A stretch of 27,803 bases of DNA from a virus (taxonomy: Duplodnaviria; Caudoviricetes), in IMG/VR virus record IMGVR_UViG_3300006875_000115, positions 1 through 27,803 of that record; one strand, written 5' to 3'. The notes under the pieces are model-generated. The model worked only from the letters and a program-made list of their open reading frames with translations. It ran no database searches and was not told the origin of the DNA. Shown here piece by piece: positions 1-7,809 of this stretch (position 1 is its first letter; every line of letters begins with the position of its first letter). Both the position numbers and the translations under genes were made by a program.

Positions 1-201
1 CACCACAGTATCATCATTGTATAATCCGGTTAATAGATTATCTTCTCCCGGCTCATATGGGACAGATAAAGTTTTAACTGTTGTAGTTAATGTAGTTTCT
101 CTTTCATTAAATATCGTTTCACTTTTTTCTGTTACAATAAATGTAGTTTCTGTATTAATAAAAACTTCTTTTAGTAGATCATATGTTACATTATATCCCA
201 T
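1..201 (-). CDS. hypothetical protein (partial, runs off window edge)
   Basis: ATG at 201 overlaps the TAA of the upstream minus-strand gene (TAATG coupling). Frame is open to position 1: MGYNVTYDLLKEVFINTETTFIV...DDTVV. Not in the ORF track. Confidence 0.6.
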   Translation of the reverse strand, partial: MGYNVTYDLLKEVFINTETTFIVTEKSETIFNERETTLTTTVKTLSVPYEPGEDNLLTGLYNDDTVV

Positions 202-440
202 TATTCAGTATCCTTTTCTTTATTATTATTATTATCGGCATTATTGTTTATAGATTTTTGTTCAACATATAAAGTTGATATTGCAATAAGATTAATTCCT
301 CCAAGGATTACCAATCCCCAACCAATATCATTGGTGACGACAATACTCTGATAAATGCTCATACTAATACCCATGGTAAAAATAGACAAGCATAATCCAT
401 AAACAATATTAATAAATGCATATTTCATGTTGTTGTTCAT
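201..440 (-). CDS. small membrane protein (two hydrophobic segments)
   Basis: 79-aa ORF with two hydrophobic stretches, downstream of a sigma70-type promoter on the same strand. Confidence 0.6.
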   Translation of the reverse strand: MNNNMKYAFINIVYGLCLSIFTMGISMSIYQSIVVTNDIGWGLVILGGINLIAISTLYVEQKSINNNADNNNNKEKDTE

Positions 441-472
441 TCATCCTATACTTGTTTGATTTCAATTCCCGT

Positions 473-501
473 ATATTACTCCATACTCTATCTAGAGTCA
501 A
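473..501 (-). promoter_or_regulatory. sigma70-type promoter (leftward)
   Basis: Minus strand TTGACT-17 nt-TAATAT, facing the 201..440 gene. Confidence 0.6.
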
Positions 502-545
502 GCGAAAATAGTGGAAAAATATCGTCATTATCCGAAAAATAGTTC

Positions 546-574
546 TTGACAAACTGAATTTATGTTGGTATACT
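546..574 (+). promoter_or_regulatory. sigma70-type early promoter (rightward)
   Basis: TTGACA-17 nt-TATACT upstream of 630..1055; divergent from the promoter at 473..501. Confidence 0.75.
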
Positions 575-629
575 CTGTATGTCAGTTTAGACAGGGATAA
601 TAGTTACTATAGAGAGGGAATTAATTATT

Positions 630-1055
630 ATGAGAGTGAACATTGGACCATATAGAAATGGTAAGGATAAACGACCACGACTAGAATCTGTTAGGATTGA
701 TAATTACGATATCTGGAATGCTGATCATACCTTATCATTGATCATTCATCCTATTCTGGTTAAGATTAGGGAACATAAACAGGGTGTTCCAATGGTGGAG
801 GATGAGGACTTACCTCTTGAAATCACATCCAAATATCCATATGATATCAATGCTCCTATTGAGGATATGATCATTCGCTGGGAATATGTTCTGGATGAAA
901 TGATTTGGACCTTTGACATGATATCTAAGAAGGAAGATACTATAGGATATGATGATAAGGGTGCATTGGATATGGTATTACATAATAAGACCTGGGAACG
1001 TATTAATAATGGGACTAGGTTATTTGGTAAATATTTTTCAGCATTATGGACATAA
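630..1055 (+). CDS. hypothetical phage protein
   Basis: 141-aa ORF with GAGGGA SD and an upstream promoter; no catalytic motif recognised. Confidence 0.75.
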   Translation: MRVNIGPYRNGKDKRPRLESVRIDNYDIWNADHTLSLIIHPILVKIREHKQGVPMVEDEDLPLEITSKYPYDINAPIEDMIIRWEYVLDEMIWTFDMISKKEDTIGYDDKGALDMVLHNKTWERINNGTRLFGKYFSALWT

Positions 1056-1058
1056 ATA
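1051..1058 (+). promoter_or_regulatory. putative T4-type late promoter (CATAAATA)
   Basis: Matches NATAAATA (T4 gp55 consensus is TATAAATA) about 30 nt before the methyltransferase gene; AT-rich background lowers specificity. Confidence 0.4.
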
Positions 1059-1089
1059 TAAAGTTATTTTTTGATTAAGGAATTTAAAT

Positions 1090-1668
1090 ATGCATGAACA
1101 AAGTAAGTCTGCCAAGCGCAGATACAATAACGGTCAATTTCACACTAAGTATTTTAGAGGGTCTGGAATTGATGTAGGGGCGGGAAATGATACATTAGGT
1201 AATCATACTCTTCATTTTCCCTCAATCACTTCTATTAAAGCCTGGGATATGCCTGATGGGGATGCTCAATATTTGGTTACAGTTCCAGATGATGCCTATG
1301 ATTTTCTTCATTCCAGTCATTGTCTGGAACACATGGAAGATTATGGAGTTGCCTTATATAATTGGATTAGAGTAGTTAAATCTGGGGGATATCTAGTTAT
1401 TACTATTCCAGAGGAAAAGATGTATGAGCATGATACGTGGCCATCTAAATTCAATTCTGATCATAAATGGTCATTCACATTAGGTAAGGAATTAAAACTA
1501 CCTAGAAGTGTAAATGTATTGGATATGATTAAGAAGGTAAATCATTCAGTCATTCCCCAGAAAATTGAAATTATTGACGAGTTCTATTTTCCCTATGGCG
1601 GAAATTTCGATCAAACATTACTTCCTAATGTTGAATGTTGTATTGAAATTATTCTGAAGAAGATTTAA
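1090..1668 (+). CDS. class I SAM-dependent methyltransferase
   Basis: Motif I GIDVGAG, YDFLHSSHCLEH and RVVKSGGYLVITIP; AAGGA SD. Confidence 0.85.
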   Translation: MHEQSKSAKRRYNNGQFHTKYFRGSGIDVGAGNDTLGNHTLHFPSITSIKAWDMPDGDAQYLVTVPDDAYDFLHSSHCLEHMEDYGVALYNWIRVVKSGGYLVITIPEEKMYEHDTWPSKFNSDHKWSFTLGKELKLPRSVNVLDMIKKVNHSVIPQKIEIIDEFYFPYGGNFDQTLLPNVECCIEIILKKI

Positions 1669-1669
1669 C

Positions 1670-2506
1670 ATGAGCAATAGAAATATAGGAATTATTCAGG
1701 TTCGTGGAATAGGTGATGCTATTATTGCTTTACCTATTGCCGAATTTTATTCACGGCAGGAAGATTCTACTGTATGTTTCGCTCTTGACAATAGATTTGT
1801 AGATAGTTTTCAGGAAGCCGCGCCATATTGTAAATTCATACCAGTTCCATTCTCATCATTTAAACCAGAATATGGTATTAATAATGAATATTGGTATGAA
1901 TTACCTAAGAATTTATTATATGATGCTGGATGTAATGAGATTATATCATTTCCATTTCATGAATCTCATTTATTGAGTCGTGCCACTGACATTGAACGTA
2001 AATCTCCTGAATTTGATCAATTAATGAATAGACTTCGTGGTGACTATGAATCTAGAATTACTAATTTAGGTTTATATAATCACCTGAAATTTGATGAATA
2101 TAAGTATGCCACCGCGAAGGTTCCATTCAGTAATAAATGGAAATTGAATATTCATCGTAATTTTACCAGAGAATTAGAATTGTATAATAAAGTAGTAACT
2201 AATCCAAATAAAAAGACAGTTGTTTGTCATTTAGAGGGAAGTGATACTAAACTAAATTCTGGTAGTTTTAATTTTGATCCGCGTGAGTATGATATCATTG
2301 AAGTGAAAGCTGGAATAACTGATAATATATTTGATTGGTTATTAGTATTTGAGAATGCAGATATTATCATTACTCTTGATTCTGTCTTCTGTAATCTCAT
2401 TGAACAGTTGAATTTTACCAATAATAAATTCTTCATTAAGAGAAGTTCGATATTCATGACTCCTGTATTGATGAACAATTGGAACTATGTTGAAGTTCGT
2501 AATTAA
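1670..2506 (+). CDS. GT-B glycosyltransferase, GT9/heptosyltransferase-like
   Basis: N-terminal RGIGDAIIALP and C-terminal ADIIITLDS match the GT9 xGDxxxxxP and xxxxxxDS motifs. Confidence 0.65.
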   Translation: MSNRNIGIIQVRGIGDAIIALPIAEFYSRQEDSTVCFALDNRFVDSFQEAAPYCKFIPVPFSSFKPEYGINNEYWYELPKNLLYDAGCNEIISFPFHESHLLSRATDIERKSPEFDQLMNRLRGDYESRITNLGLYNHLKFDEYKYATAKVPFSNKWKLNIHRNFTRELELYNKVVTNPNKKTVVCHLEGSDTKLNSGSFNFDPREYDIIEVKAGITDNIFDWLLVFENADIIITLDSVFCNLIEQLNFTNNKFFIKRSSIFMTPVLMNNWNYVEVRN

Positions 2507-2514
2507 CATAAATA
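2507..2514 (+). promoter_or_regulatory. putative T4-type late promoter (CATAAATA) for the leader-tagged array
   Basis: NATAAATA in the short intergenic gap about 40 nt before the first MISFKNFL gene. Confidence 0.45.
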
Positions 2515-2552
2515 TATAATATTATTAACGTTTAATTAATGGACGAATATTT

Positions 2553-3083
2553 ATGATTAGTTTTAAAAATTTTCTCAGAGAAGAGAAGAAAAATAGTGGC
2601 GATGATATAAACACTCATTATACTCATCTTCCACCAGAACCAGGAACAACACCAATTCCCGATGGTCATATTCGTCTATATCATAGAACTCCCGCATCGA
2701 ATATGAAATCAATAGCAAAAAATGGTTTATCAATAGACCATGCTAAGGGTTATGAAGGACCAAAGGCAATTTATGGGGACCCAAAGGGATTTTATGGAAA
2801 GCCTGGGGATGTTACTGATGGAAGTGTAGATGTTGAATTTCATGTTCCTAAAGAAAAATTTAAAGGAACTATGGTTCATATGGATGAAGTTCCCACTAAA
2901 AATATCATAGCAATTCACCAGAATTGGCATAAGACTGCTCGTTATATTAAAGATGATCCTAAATCTATAAAGGCTGTATTATCAGGTGAACATGACAATC
3001 TTTTAGATGGTAGTGAAGGTGATCAATATAAATATTCAATAAAACATATTAAACATGTTTTTGGAAAATCCAATCATGATTAG
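2553..3083 (+). CDS. putative internal head protein with ADP-ribosyltransferase-like domain
   Basis: MISFKNFLREE leader; LYHRT...N..SI..NGL resembles the H-containing first strand and helix of Tpt1/KptA/PARP-like ART folds. Confidence 0.6.
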   Translation: MISFKNFLREEKKNSGDDINTHYTHLPPEPGTTPIPDGHIRLYHRTPASNMKSIAKNGLSIDHAKGYEGPKAIYGDPKGFYGKPGDVTDGSVDVEFHVPKEKFKGTMVHMDEVPTKNIIAIHQNWHKTARYIKDDPKSIKAVLSGEHDNLLDGSEGDQYKYSIKHIKHVFGKSNHD

Positions 3084-3522
3084 TTTTAAAAACTTTCTCA
3101 AAGAAAATAAAGATGATATGCCTAAATTAATATCTAAATCGTGGGATGTATCTCATATGTCGTCAAATATGGATAGTATTTCAAATGGATTTGAACTTAG
3201 AAGGTTAGGAATATCTTTTGCTAGAAATGGTAGAGAGAGGCCATATTCATCACCAACAGTAAGAGATATGAACGGAAAACGTGGGATGGTAAAAGCAAAA
3301 GTATATGGTTCTGGATTAGATTATGATACTAAATCCCATAAAGAATACATACAAAACCTTCATGATAAACATAATTCAGATGTTGGAGTTATACATGAAT
3401 TACGTAGTCGTGGGGTTGATTGGGTATCTGGATGGAATGGTATAGGACATAGTGATGAATTACATGTATTAAGTCCACATAGAATAAAGATTAAATCACT
3501 AACTCCACTGGACAAACCATGA
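3076..3522 (+). CDS. putative internal head protein, divergent ART-PolyVal-like domain
   Basis: Start reassigned from 3055 to the ATG at 3076 (MISFKNFLKE). VSHMS...GISFA...LRSRGVDWV...DELHVLSPHRIKI parallels the ART-PolyVal layout. Confidence 0.55.
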   Translation: MISFKNFLKENKDDMPKLISKSWDVSHMSSNMDSISNGFELRRLGISFARNGRERPYSSPTVRDMNGKRGMVKAKVYGSGLDYDTKSHKEYIQNLHDKHNSDVGVIHELRSRGVDWVSGWNGIGHSDELHVLSPHRIKIKSLTPLDKP

Positions 3523-3568
3523 TTAGTTTTAAAAATTTTCTCAATGAATCTCAATGGATGTATCATGG
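3519..3568 (+). repeat. 50-nt direct repeat, copy 1 (copy 2 at 4688..4737)
   Basis: atgattagttttaaaaattttctcaatgaatctcaatggatgtatcatgg is 49/50 identical to 4688..4737. Shorter copies of its 5' part occur at 2553, 3076, 5370 and 5885. Confidence 0.9.
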
Positions 3569-4244
3569 TTCAGTTGAACCCAATTTAAAAACTATTGAAC
3601 GCAATAAAAATGATTATTCAACATTAGATACGCAAATAGGTGCCCATTTTGCTGCTGATCCAGAAATTTCTAGGAAATTTGCTAAGGGATTGTATAATCG
3701 TAAAAATAGTGAAGGCGGCAATAAAGGTGCAGTTTATAAAACTAAATCATTAAAAAGATCAGAATTATACGTTGTGCCACAAAAAACCTATAAATGGTCT
3801 GGGCAAAAAGAGGGTGATCAACATGCTGTCGGCGCCCATGTAGTATCTACTGTTCTTGGTCATCCTAAACATAAAGAAATGTTTAAATCCTGGGTTAAGA
3901 ATGCCCGACGGGTTGATGATAAAACAGCAGAGGAAATTCATGATCATTTATCTAGAGGAAAGGCCCCAGCAGATAAGGAAAAATTTGGCCTAGCTGCACA
4001 TAAAGGCAATTCATTTAAATCTTATTTTAAAAATTTTGATAGTGAATTAATGCATGAACCAGAAAAAGGATTTAAAGAAAAAGTAATTAGTCATTATCAT
4101 GATATTATGAAGGCAAAAGGTAAAAAAGGTTTGGTTTATCATAATACGGCTCCAATGGAAAAAGAAGGTGTAAGATCAAAGAAAAATTATATTGTGTTTG
4201 AACCAGAAAAATTAAGCATAGAAAAACATGAGGAAATTAAATAA
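3519..4244 (+). CDS. putative internal head protein, ART-PolyVal-like domain
   Basis: MISFKNFLNE leader; MYHGS, GAHFAADP, KGKKGLVYHN and YIVFEP motifs. Confidence 0.65.
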   Translation: MISFKNFLNESQWMYHGSVEPNLKTIERNKNDYSTLDTQIGAHFAADPEISRKFAKGLYNRKNSEGGNKGAVYKTKSLKRSELYVVPQKTYKWSGQKEGDQHAVGAHVVSTVLGHPKHKEMFKSWVKNARRVDDKTAEEIHDHLSRGKAPADKEKFGLAAHKGNSFKSYFKNFDSELMHEPEKGFKEKVISHYHDIMKAKGKKGLVYHNTAPMEKEGVRSKKNYIVFEPEKLSIEKHEEIK

Positions 4245-4687
4245 TGTCAGCAATATCATCATTTAATAATTTCCTCTATTTACATAAATTATATAAATTA
4301 CCTGTTGATGAGAAATTTGACATAATTGAAGACATGGTAACAAATTTATCTGAAAATTCAAATGTTGATCCAGAAATTATTTGGACTGATTTTGAGAATG
4401 TTGATGATGCTGAATTATTTGAAAGTGCAGCATGGCAACGTAAGGAAGGTAAGAGTGAATCTGGTGGATTGAATAAGAAAGGTGTTGAAAGTTATAGACG
4501 GGAAAATCCTGGTTCAAAATTACAAATGGCCGTAACAACTAAACCAAGTAAATTGAAGAAAGATTCTAAGGCTTATAATAGAAGAAAATCATTTTGTGCT
4601 AGAATGTCTGGCGTTAAAGGTCCAATGAGAAAACCTAATGGCGAACCTAGCAGAAAAGCATTAGCATTACGTAAATGGAATTGTTAG
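4244..4687 (+). CDS. DUF6321-like phage protein
   Basis: AAWQRKEGKSESGGLNKKG...RRKSFCARMSG...ALRKWNC is a recurrent phage domain (recalled as DUF6321), preceded by an acidic N-terminal extension. Confidence 0.65.
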   Translation: MSAISSFNNFLYLHKLYKLPVDEKFDIIEDMVTNLSENSNVDPEIIWTDFENVDDAELFESAAWQRKEGKSESGGLNKKGVESYRRENPGSKLQMAVTTKPSKLKKDSKAYNRRKSFCARMSGVKGPMRKPNGEPSRKALALRKWNC

Positions 4688-4737
4688 ATGATTAGTTTTA
4701 AGAATTTTCTCAATGAATCTCAATGGATGTATCATGG
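4688..4737 (+). repeat. 50-nt direct repeat, copy 2
   Basis: 49/50 identity to 3519..3568. Confidence 0.9.
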
Positions 4738-5377
4738 AACAACATATCCAAAGGAACTTACACATATACAACGAAATGAAAAAAGTATAGATACCGATAA
4801 GGCTATAGGTGCTCATTTTGCTGCTGACCCGGAGGTAGCCAAAAAATTCGCCAGTGGGGTAAATAAGCCTAATTCTAGTAAAGGTGTAGTTTATAAAACT
4901 AAAAGACCAACTAGATCAGAATTAGAAGTAGTTCCGCAGAAAAAAGGACATCAGGATGAAGATTCGGTAGAAACTCATGTGTTTTCTACTGTTTTTTCGC
5001 ATCCAGATAATAAAAATTTGTTTATTAAGTGGCATCAAGATAAATTTAGTTCTACACATGAACAGGCATCTAACATTCATTCTAAACTAATGAATAAAGA
5101 AAATATTCCAGTAGATAAGAAAGAATATGGATATGACCATTCAAATAAAAATACATTTAGGTCATTTATGAATCATCATGGCACATATGCTCGTAATGTA
5201 AATGGTAAATCTATTCATAAAGAAATAATGAGTAAATTTATAGATCATATGAAATCTAAGGGTAAAAAGGGATTAGTTTATAAAAATACACGCCCAGATG
5301 AAACTGAAGGTGCAGATTCTACTAAGAGTTATATTATTTTTGAACCAGAAAAGATGAAGGTAGAAAAACATGATTAG
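4688..5377 (+). CDS. putative internal head protein, ART-PolyVal-like domain (paralog of 3519..4244)
   Basis: Same first 17 residues as 3519..4244; MYHGT, GAHFAADP, KGKKGLVYKN and YIIFEP motifs. Confidence 0.65.
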   Translation: MISFKNFLNESQWMYHGTTYPKELTHIQRNEKSIDTDKAIGAHFAADPEVAKKFASGVNKPNSSKGVVYKTKRPTRSELEVVPQKKGHQDEDSVETHVFSTVFSHPDNKNLFIKWHQDKFSSTHEQASNIHSKLMNKENIPVDKKEYGYDHSNKNTFRSFMNHHGTYARNVNGKSIHKEIMSKFIDHMKSKGKKGLVYKNTRPDETEGADSTKSYIIFEPEKMKVEKHD

Positions 5378-5885
5378 TTTTAGAAATTTTTTAATAGAAA
5401 GAAATGTTGATCCAGAGCAATTAGCGGTAAAAACTGCTAAAATTTATGGTAAAAAAACTAATTATGGTAAATGGTTAAAGGCGGATAAACAGGAAAATAT
5501 TCCATTATCCAATTACAATAAAGGTGAAGTGACTAAGGCAGAAAATAAATTATATAAGTATCATGAAAAATTGGGAATGTTTTCTGATAATACATCAGAT
5601 AGGGTTGAAGCTAATAAAACCTATGAAGGTAAATTTTCAGATAAAACAATGAAAATTAGTGATCTTTATGCGACTCAGCCATTTATACGAACAAGTGATA
5701 GAGAGCAATTAAAAAATAAAATAGACAAAAAGACATCTAGTGATATAATGGTAATTAAACATAATGGTAAACACTATGTTATGGACGGCCATCATACTGT
5801 CATGGCGGCTAAATTTCGTGGAGAGAAAGAAGTTAATGTTAGGCATTTTGATTTAGATGCGGAAACTGCTAAAGGAAAGAAATAA
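5370..5885 (+). CDS. putative internal head protein with ParB/Sulfiredoxin-like domain
   Basis: MISFRNFLIE leader; ISDLYATQ and HYVMDGHHTVMAA match the ParB/Srx DGHH motif. Confidence 0.7.
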   Translation: MISFRNFLIERNVDPEQLAVKTAKIYGKKTNYGKWLKADKQENIPLSNYNKGEVTKAENKLYKYHEKLGMFSDNTSDRVEANKTYEGKFSDKTMKISDLYATQPFIRTSDREQLKNKIDKKTSSDIMVIKHNGKHYVMDGHHTVMAAKFRGEKEVNVRHFDLDAETAKGKK

Positions 5886-6420
5886 TGATTAGTTTTAAAA
5901 ATTTTTAAATGAGTCAAAAGAAAACTTGATGAAATGGTTTGGTAATAGTGTCACACATGAAAAAGGTGTGCCGAAAGTATATTACCATGGCACATCAAAA
6001 GATAAGGATTTTAGTTCATTTAATGTAGGAAGACATGGTGCATGGTTTACATCTAATCCAGAAGAAGCAAGTAGTTATTCTACTGAAAATGACAGTATGG
6101 GTCATACATACTCGCACGAAAAACACACATATGAGAAAACAAATACTAAAAGTAGAGTAATTCCTGCACATATAAAAGCAGAAAATCCACATACTGGCGA
6201 ATTTCCACAAGAATTGAGACACAAAAGTGATAATTATAAAAAAACTCAATCTGACTGGTTTGATACATTAAGAGCTAAAGGGCATGATAGTTGGATACCA
6301 AAAAGTTCTGGTGGCAATTTAGTAGTAGTATTAAAACATGCTAATCAAATTAAATCATCAATTGGTAATAAAGGATCATATGATTCTAATAAGAAAAATA
6401 TTCATGAAGGTTCGGAATAG
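5885..6420 (+). CDS. ART-PolyVal-like protein; leader (5885..5905) out of frame with the domain by 1 nt
   Basis: ATG at 5885 gives MISFKNF then TAA. One extra T in the T5 run at 5902..5906 restores MISFKNFLNESKENLMKWF. The domain has PKVYYHGT, GAWFT, LRAKGHDS and QIKSSIGNKGSYD. Confidence 0.7.
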
Positions 6421-6989
6421 TGTATATTACATTTAGTGCAATTATATCATTTTTATTGGGGGCTTTTGGTAGAAGAATCTGTGGTGGGTTATTTGAAACC
6501 TGGACAAATCTAAAATGGGGACAACCTACTAGACTCTTCTTTGGATTGACCCTAGCAACCGCCGCATTTATCTCAGGAGCGCCTTTATGGGTATCGGCTA
6601 TACTCATTCCCCTAGTCTGGGTAGGGACCACTCTGGGGCTATTTGGTGGGCTTGGAATGGGTCGGGAAGGTAGAGACGAATTACCCAATTATTTTAGTAG
6701 AGTATATTTAAGAGATTTTGGTGCCATGACATTACATGGAACATTATCAATTATACTTCCTTCTATATGGGCATGGTATTTTGGTTATAACGTATTTCCA
6801 ATTATCTTATCAGGATTATTAATTGGATTTTGCTATGAACTTGGATATAGGATTGTTGGTATTAATCCTAGACCAGAACCATTTAATAAACCAGGATGGC
6901 CAAATGGATTTAATGGTTCCCCTGAATGGGGAGAACTAATTTGGGGTGGTGTGAGAGGATTAGGCATTTCAGCCGCAATTTTATCTTGA
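6420..6989 (+). CDS. multi-pass membrane protein
   Basis: GTG start overlaps the previous stop; several Gly/Leu/Trp-rich hydrophobic segments. Confidence 0.7.
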   Translation: MYITFSAIISFLLGAFGRRICGGLFETWTNLKWGQPTRLFFGLTLATAAFISGAPLWVSAILIPLVWVGTTLGLFGGLGMGREGRDELPNYFSRVYLRDFGAMTLHGTLSIILPSIWAWYFGYNVFPIILSGLLIGFCYELGYRIVGINPRPEPFNKPGWPNGFNGSPEWGELIWGGVRGLGISAAILS

Positions 6990-7014
6990 CATCGTGATTT
7001 TAACGTGATATAGA
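6986..7014 (+). promoter_or_regulatory. sigma70-type promoter
   Basis: TTGACA-17 nt-TATAGA upstream of the lipoprotein gene; imperfect -10. Confidence 0.5.
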
Positions 7015-7053
7015 TGGTATCTATAAAATGAAAACATGTAAAGGATTTATATA

Positions 7054-7263
7054 ATGATTAGAATGCTAGTATTTGGAAGTTTATTTGTATTATCGGGATG
7101 TGTTGGATATATTCAACCTAGTCCTTATGCGATAGGTCCTGCATATGTTGCGAGTCCGCGTGTAATTTATCAACCTAGTTATGTTCCTCCTGTATATGGA
7201 AGGCCATATGCTCCCTATAGGTATAGGCATAATCATCCCTATCATAATAGGTATTATCGCTAA
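7054..7263 (+). CDS. small Pro/Tyr-rich lipoprotein
   Basis: Signal peptide ending in a LSG-C lipobox at Cys16; AAGGA SD. Confidence 0.7.
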   Translation: MIRMLVFGSLFVLSGCVGYIQPSPYAIGPAYVASPRVIYQPSYVPPVYGRPYAPYRYRHNHPYHNRYYR

Positions 7264-7517
7264 TGATTAATTCTTCTATCATATCAAGGATAATGAGTGA
7301 TAAATGCGAAACAAAAACATGTAAAATCCGTCTTAATACGAGTTCTACATGTTTAATGATTTATCCATATTTTAATGCATTAGGTGAAATGATATTCTCA
7401 GACTATAACAGATATACTCATAGTTTATATTGTGAGTCATGTAATAAATCTATGAGTGTTGCAGAGTATCTTGGTAAAACTGAAATTTTACAGGAAGTCA
7501 ATTGTAATGATGACTAA
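7263..7517 (+). CDS. hypothetical Cys-rich protein
   Basis: TAATG coupling to the previous gene; CxxxxC and CxxC pairs. Confidence 0.55.
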   Translation: MINSSIISRIMSDKCETKTCKIRLNTSSTCLMIYPYFNALGEMIFSDYNRYTHSLYCESCNKSMSVAEYLGKTEILQEVNCNDD

Positions 7518-7809
7518 GAAACAATTTAAAGAAGTCTTGAATTTTTTGTGTCATATGAAATATACAAATAAAAAATATATGATGTATTTAGAAGTGAGTG
7601 GTAAAGATCGTTACATTATGGGAATGAGGAACGATTTTTTTATTACTCATGGGGATGCATATACGCCAATACAAAAATGGGATCATAGTAATTTTCGTAA
7701 TCCATATGATTTAATTTCGTCTATTAAATTTATCGTTCACAGATATTATAATCTAGATGAAATGATTCACAATATGTCACCTAATTACATTCCACATATT
7801 GTGGATTAA
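7507..7809 (+). CDS. hypothetical protein
   Basis: ORF track starts at 7456; the in-frame ATG at 7507 (or 7510) after CAGGAAG is the more likely start. Confidence 0.5.
   Translation: MMTKKQFKEVLNFLCHMKYTNKKYMMYLEVSGKDRYIMGMRNDFFITHGDAYTPIQKWDHSNFRNPYDLISSIKFIVHRYYNLDEMIHNMSPNYIPHIVD

Noticed and set aside
17-253. Plus-strand 78-aa ORF
   Set aside because: It is the antisense shadow of a coupled minus-strand gene pair (1..201 and 201..440) that has its own promoter.
2553-5908. Repeated ATGATTAGTTTTA units as a CRISPR array or attC-like sites
   Set aside because: The repeats are protein-coding gene starts spaced 440-1170 nt apart, not palindromic, and no cas or integrase gene is in the window.
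7054-7263. o-spanin
   Set aside because: It has a lipobox and prolines, but there is no overlapping or adjacent coiled-coil i-spanin and it follows a sigma70-type promoter.
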